64,000 nt of DNA from the NCBI GenBank assembly GCA_031400935.1, contig JANNQV010000027.1, forward strand, positions 186,001 through 250,000. Reading direction: 5' to 3'. A program made the position numbers and the translations under genes. This document shows, in pieces, positions 62,380 to 64,000 of this stretch; within the stretch, counting starts at the first letter, position 1, and the number at the start of each line of letters is the position of its first letter. The notes under the pieces are model-generated. The model made no database searches and was not told the origin of the DNA. It saw only the letters and a list, made by a program, of their open reading frames with translations. The stretch comes from Armatimonadota bacterium. GTDB lineage: Bacteria; Armatimonadota; Fimbriimonadia; Fimbriimonadales; Fimbriimonadaceae.

Positions 62380-62838
62380 TTACACTTTCCGAATCGGAAT
62401 ATACAATTCCGTAACCCACTTCGAAGAATCTGGCTCTTCACCAGGGTCAGTTACATAGGAATCCCAGCATGGGGTGTCGGCTAAAACGCCATTTATCTCT
62501 GCATATTTCCAAAGGTCCAGCCATGTTTTCGGCAGCCCCTCGTAGGGACCAATGTGTTCGCTGTAAAGCGCAGTGCATGCTGGATAGGTCCTAATTTCGG
62601 TATCCAGCCCTGCAACTGTGCCTTCAACGACTGGACAGGCGGCTTCAATAAGACAGGTCGGCGGAGTCCAATCGTAATATTTGATCATGGGTGGGCCGAT
62701 CATTTCAGCTTCGGGATTCGACTGCGAGATTTGGCCAAACATTTCGGGAATTATTTTTGTAAGATCGTCCGAATTGCACGTTCTTCGAACTACAATCGCC
62801 GTTACGGCTTCAACGGCGATGAAATCAATTTCAGCCAT
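62380..62838 (-). CDS. GyrI-like small-molecule-binding protein
   Basis: HIGPYEGL, YVTDPGEEPD..WVTELYIP. Confidence 0.85.
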   Translation of the reverse strand: MAEIDFIAVEAVTAIVVRRTCNSDDLTKIIPEMFGQISQSNPEAEMIGPPMIKYYDWTPPTCLIEAACPVVEGTVAGLDTEIRTYPACTALYSEHIGPYEGLPKTWLDLWKYAEINGVLADTPCWDSYVTDPGEEPDSSKWVTELYIPIRKV

Positions 62839-62902
62839 GTCCCATTTTGGCACGAGGATTGGTTAAGGGCAAGTCTGAGAAATTGGTTGGTAAGCTTGAA
62901 CA

Positions 62903-63763
62903 ATGCTATTGAAGGCGATCAATTATTGGTCATATCCCGGCGGATTAGAAGGTCAACTAGACCCGTTTGATTTCTTGAGACTTGCAAAGGCACACGGGTA
63001 CGAAGCGGCGGAATTGGCTATTGGTGAACCTGGAACAGCGTTTGGATCCGACGCGACAAAATCCTTTTGCGATGAACTTGTTGCCGAAGCATCAAGGTTG
63101 GAATTGAAGTTGCTCAGCGTAGCAAGCGGCCTCTATTGGGGTCGAAATCTTGGCGACGCCGATCCTGTTGTTCGTGCACATGCGGCCGCTGATCTTGAAA
63201 AAATGCTTCAGATATCGGCTTGGCTAGGCGCGAAAACACTTTTGACGATTCCTGGCGCAGTAGATGTGTTTTTCATGCCGGTACGTCCAACTCAATCCTA
63301 CGCGGAAGTCTGGAAAAACGCAACCAATGGCTTGCGCGCGATGCTTCCTGTCGCTGAATCGTGCGGCGTTCGAATAGGAATCGAGAATGTTTGGAATAAA
63401 TTTTTGATGAGTCCGCAAGAGATGGCAACATTTATTGATCAGTTTGAATCCCCATGGGTCGGGGCGTACGTAGATGTGGCCAATCTCTTGCCATTTGGGC
63501 AAGCCGAGGACTGGCTCCGACATTTAGGCATACGAGTTGTTGGGATCCATTTCAAAGATTTTCGGCGAGCTGTTGGAACAGCAGAAGGCTTTGTTGACCT
63601 GCTGGAAGGCGACGTAAATTGGCCGGAGGTGATGAAGGCGATTGGCGAATTTGGCTACGATGGGCCAGTTGTGGCAGAACTGATTCCTCAATACAAGAAT
63701 TATCCCCTGGTAAGAGCTAAGAATTGTTCAGTCGCAATGGACGCTATTTTGGGCCGCAGATAA
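62903..63763 (+). CDS. Sugar phosphate isomerase/epimerase (AP endonuclease 2 TIM barrel)
   Basis: IENVWNKFL, YVDVAN, IHFKDF, GDVNW. Confidence 0.9.
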   Translation: MLLKAINYWSYPGGLEGQLDPFDFLRLAKAHGYEAAELAIGEPGTAFGSDATKSFCDELVAEASRLELKLLSVASGLYWGRNLGDADPVVRAHAAADLEKMLQISAWLGAKTLLTIPGAVDVFFMPVRPTQSYAEVWKNATNGLRAMLPVAESCGVRIGIENVWNKFLMSPQEMATFIDQFESPWVGAYVDVANLLPFGQAEDWLRHLGIRVVGIHFKDFRRAVGTAEGFVDLLEGDVNWPEVMKAIGEFGYDGPVVAELIPQYKNYPLVRAKNCSVAMDAILGRR

Positions 63764-63779
63764 ATATTGGGAATGAGTT

Positions 63780-63908
63780 TCTCGCAAAGGCGCAAAGCAC
63801 GCAAAGAAGAGACTTAATTATTCAAATGAAATGAACAACATTCTAAGTGAGAGGTCTTTCAATTGGATTTCTTGAGATTCCTTTGCGTTCTTTGCGCCTT
63901 TGCGAGAG
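63780..63908. repeat. CGCAAAG inverted-arm repeat
   Basis: CTCGCAAAGGCGCAAAG...CTTTGCGCCTTTGCGAG; related half at ~7899-7927. Confidence 0.75.
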
Positions 63909-63984
63909 ATTGGCGCAATGGTACTCAAGGCTAAAGCAGAAGTAGTTCATTGTTTGTAAGGCAAGAACCGACTCGCCATAAATT

Positions 63985-64000
63985 GGGGATGTGGCTCAGC
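63985..64000 (+). tRNA. Possible 5' end of a tRNA (Ala-like), truncated by the window
   Basis: GGGGATGTGGCTCAGC resembles an acceptor and D-arm start; only 16 nt visible. Confidence 0.4.

Noticed and set aside
62848..62863. Sigma-54-like TGGCACGAGGATTGGT
   Set aside because: It lacks the invariant -12 GC; the downstream gene has a -10 box (TAAGCT) 6 nt before its ATG instead.

Overview
A ~50% GC bacterial chromosomal segment of mostly housekeeping genes. The gene style (PEP-CTERM proteins, many lipoproteins, Gram-positive-like ftsH/tilS/mgtE) suggests Armatimonadota/Fimbriimonadaceae, but that is inference. It holds uvrB, sdhC, eno, serA-like, an ABC-F ATPase, two tandem ClpS-like genes, ftsH-tilS, mgtE, a Tat-exported molybdo-oxidoreductase operon (iorA/iorB-xdhC-mocA type), rpmE2, kbl, ispA, tmk, pepF, fliM-fliY/N-fliO-fliP-fliQ-fliR-flhB, glycoside hydrolases, sugar ABC genes, three complete tRNAs and a probable 6S-like RNA. 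No integrase, transposase, prophage or CRISPR array is visible. The main discovery is two minus-strand genes that the ORF track truncates at in-frame TGA codons. One is a signal-peptide, beta-barrel-like protein with a U-T-S-U (UxxU) motif (28981-29604). The other is an exported thioredoxin with W-U-G-W-C (32520-33083). Each has a SECIS-like hairpin just downstream of the TGA, so both are candidate selenoproteins. Other notable signals: many palindromic and short-tandem intergenic repeats, some exapted into coding sequence, and a pervasive -10 box 5-8 nt before start codons, implying leaderless mRNAs.
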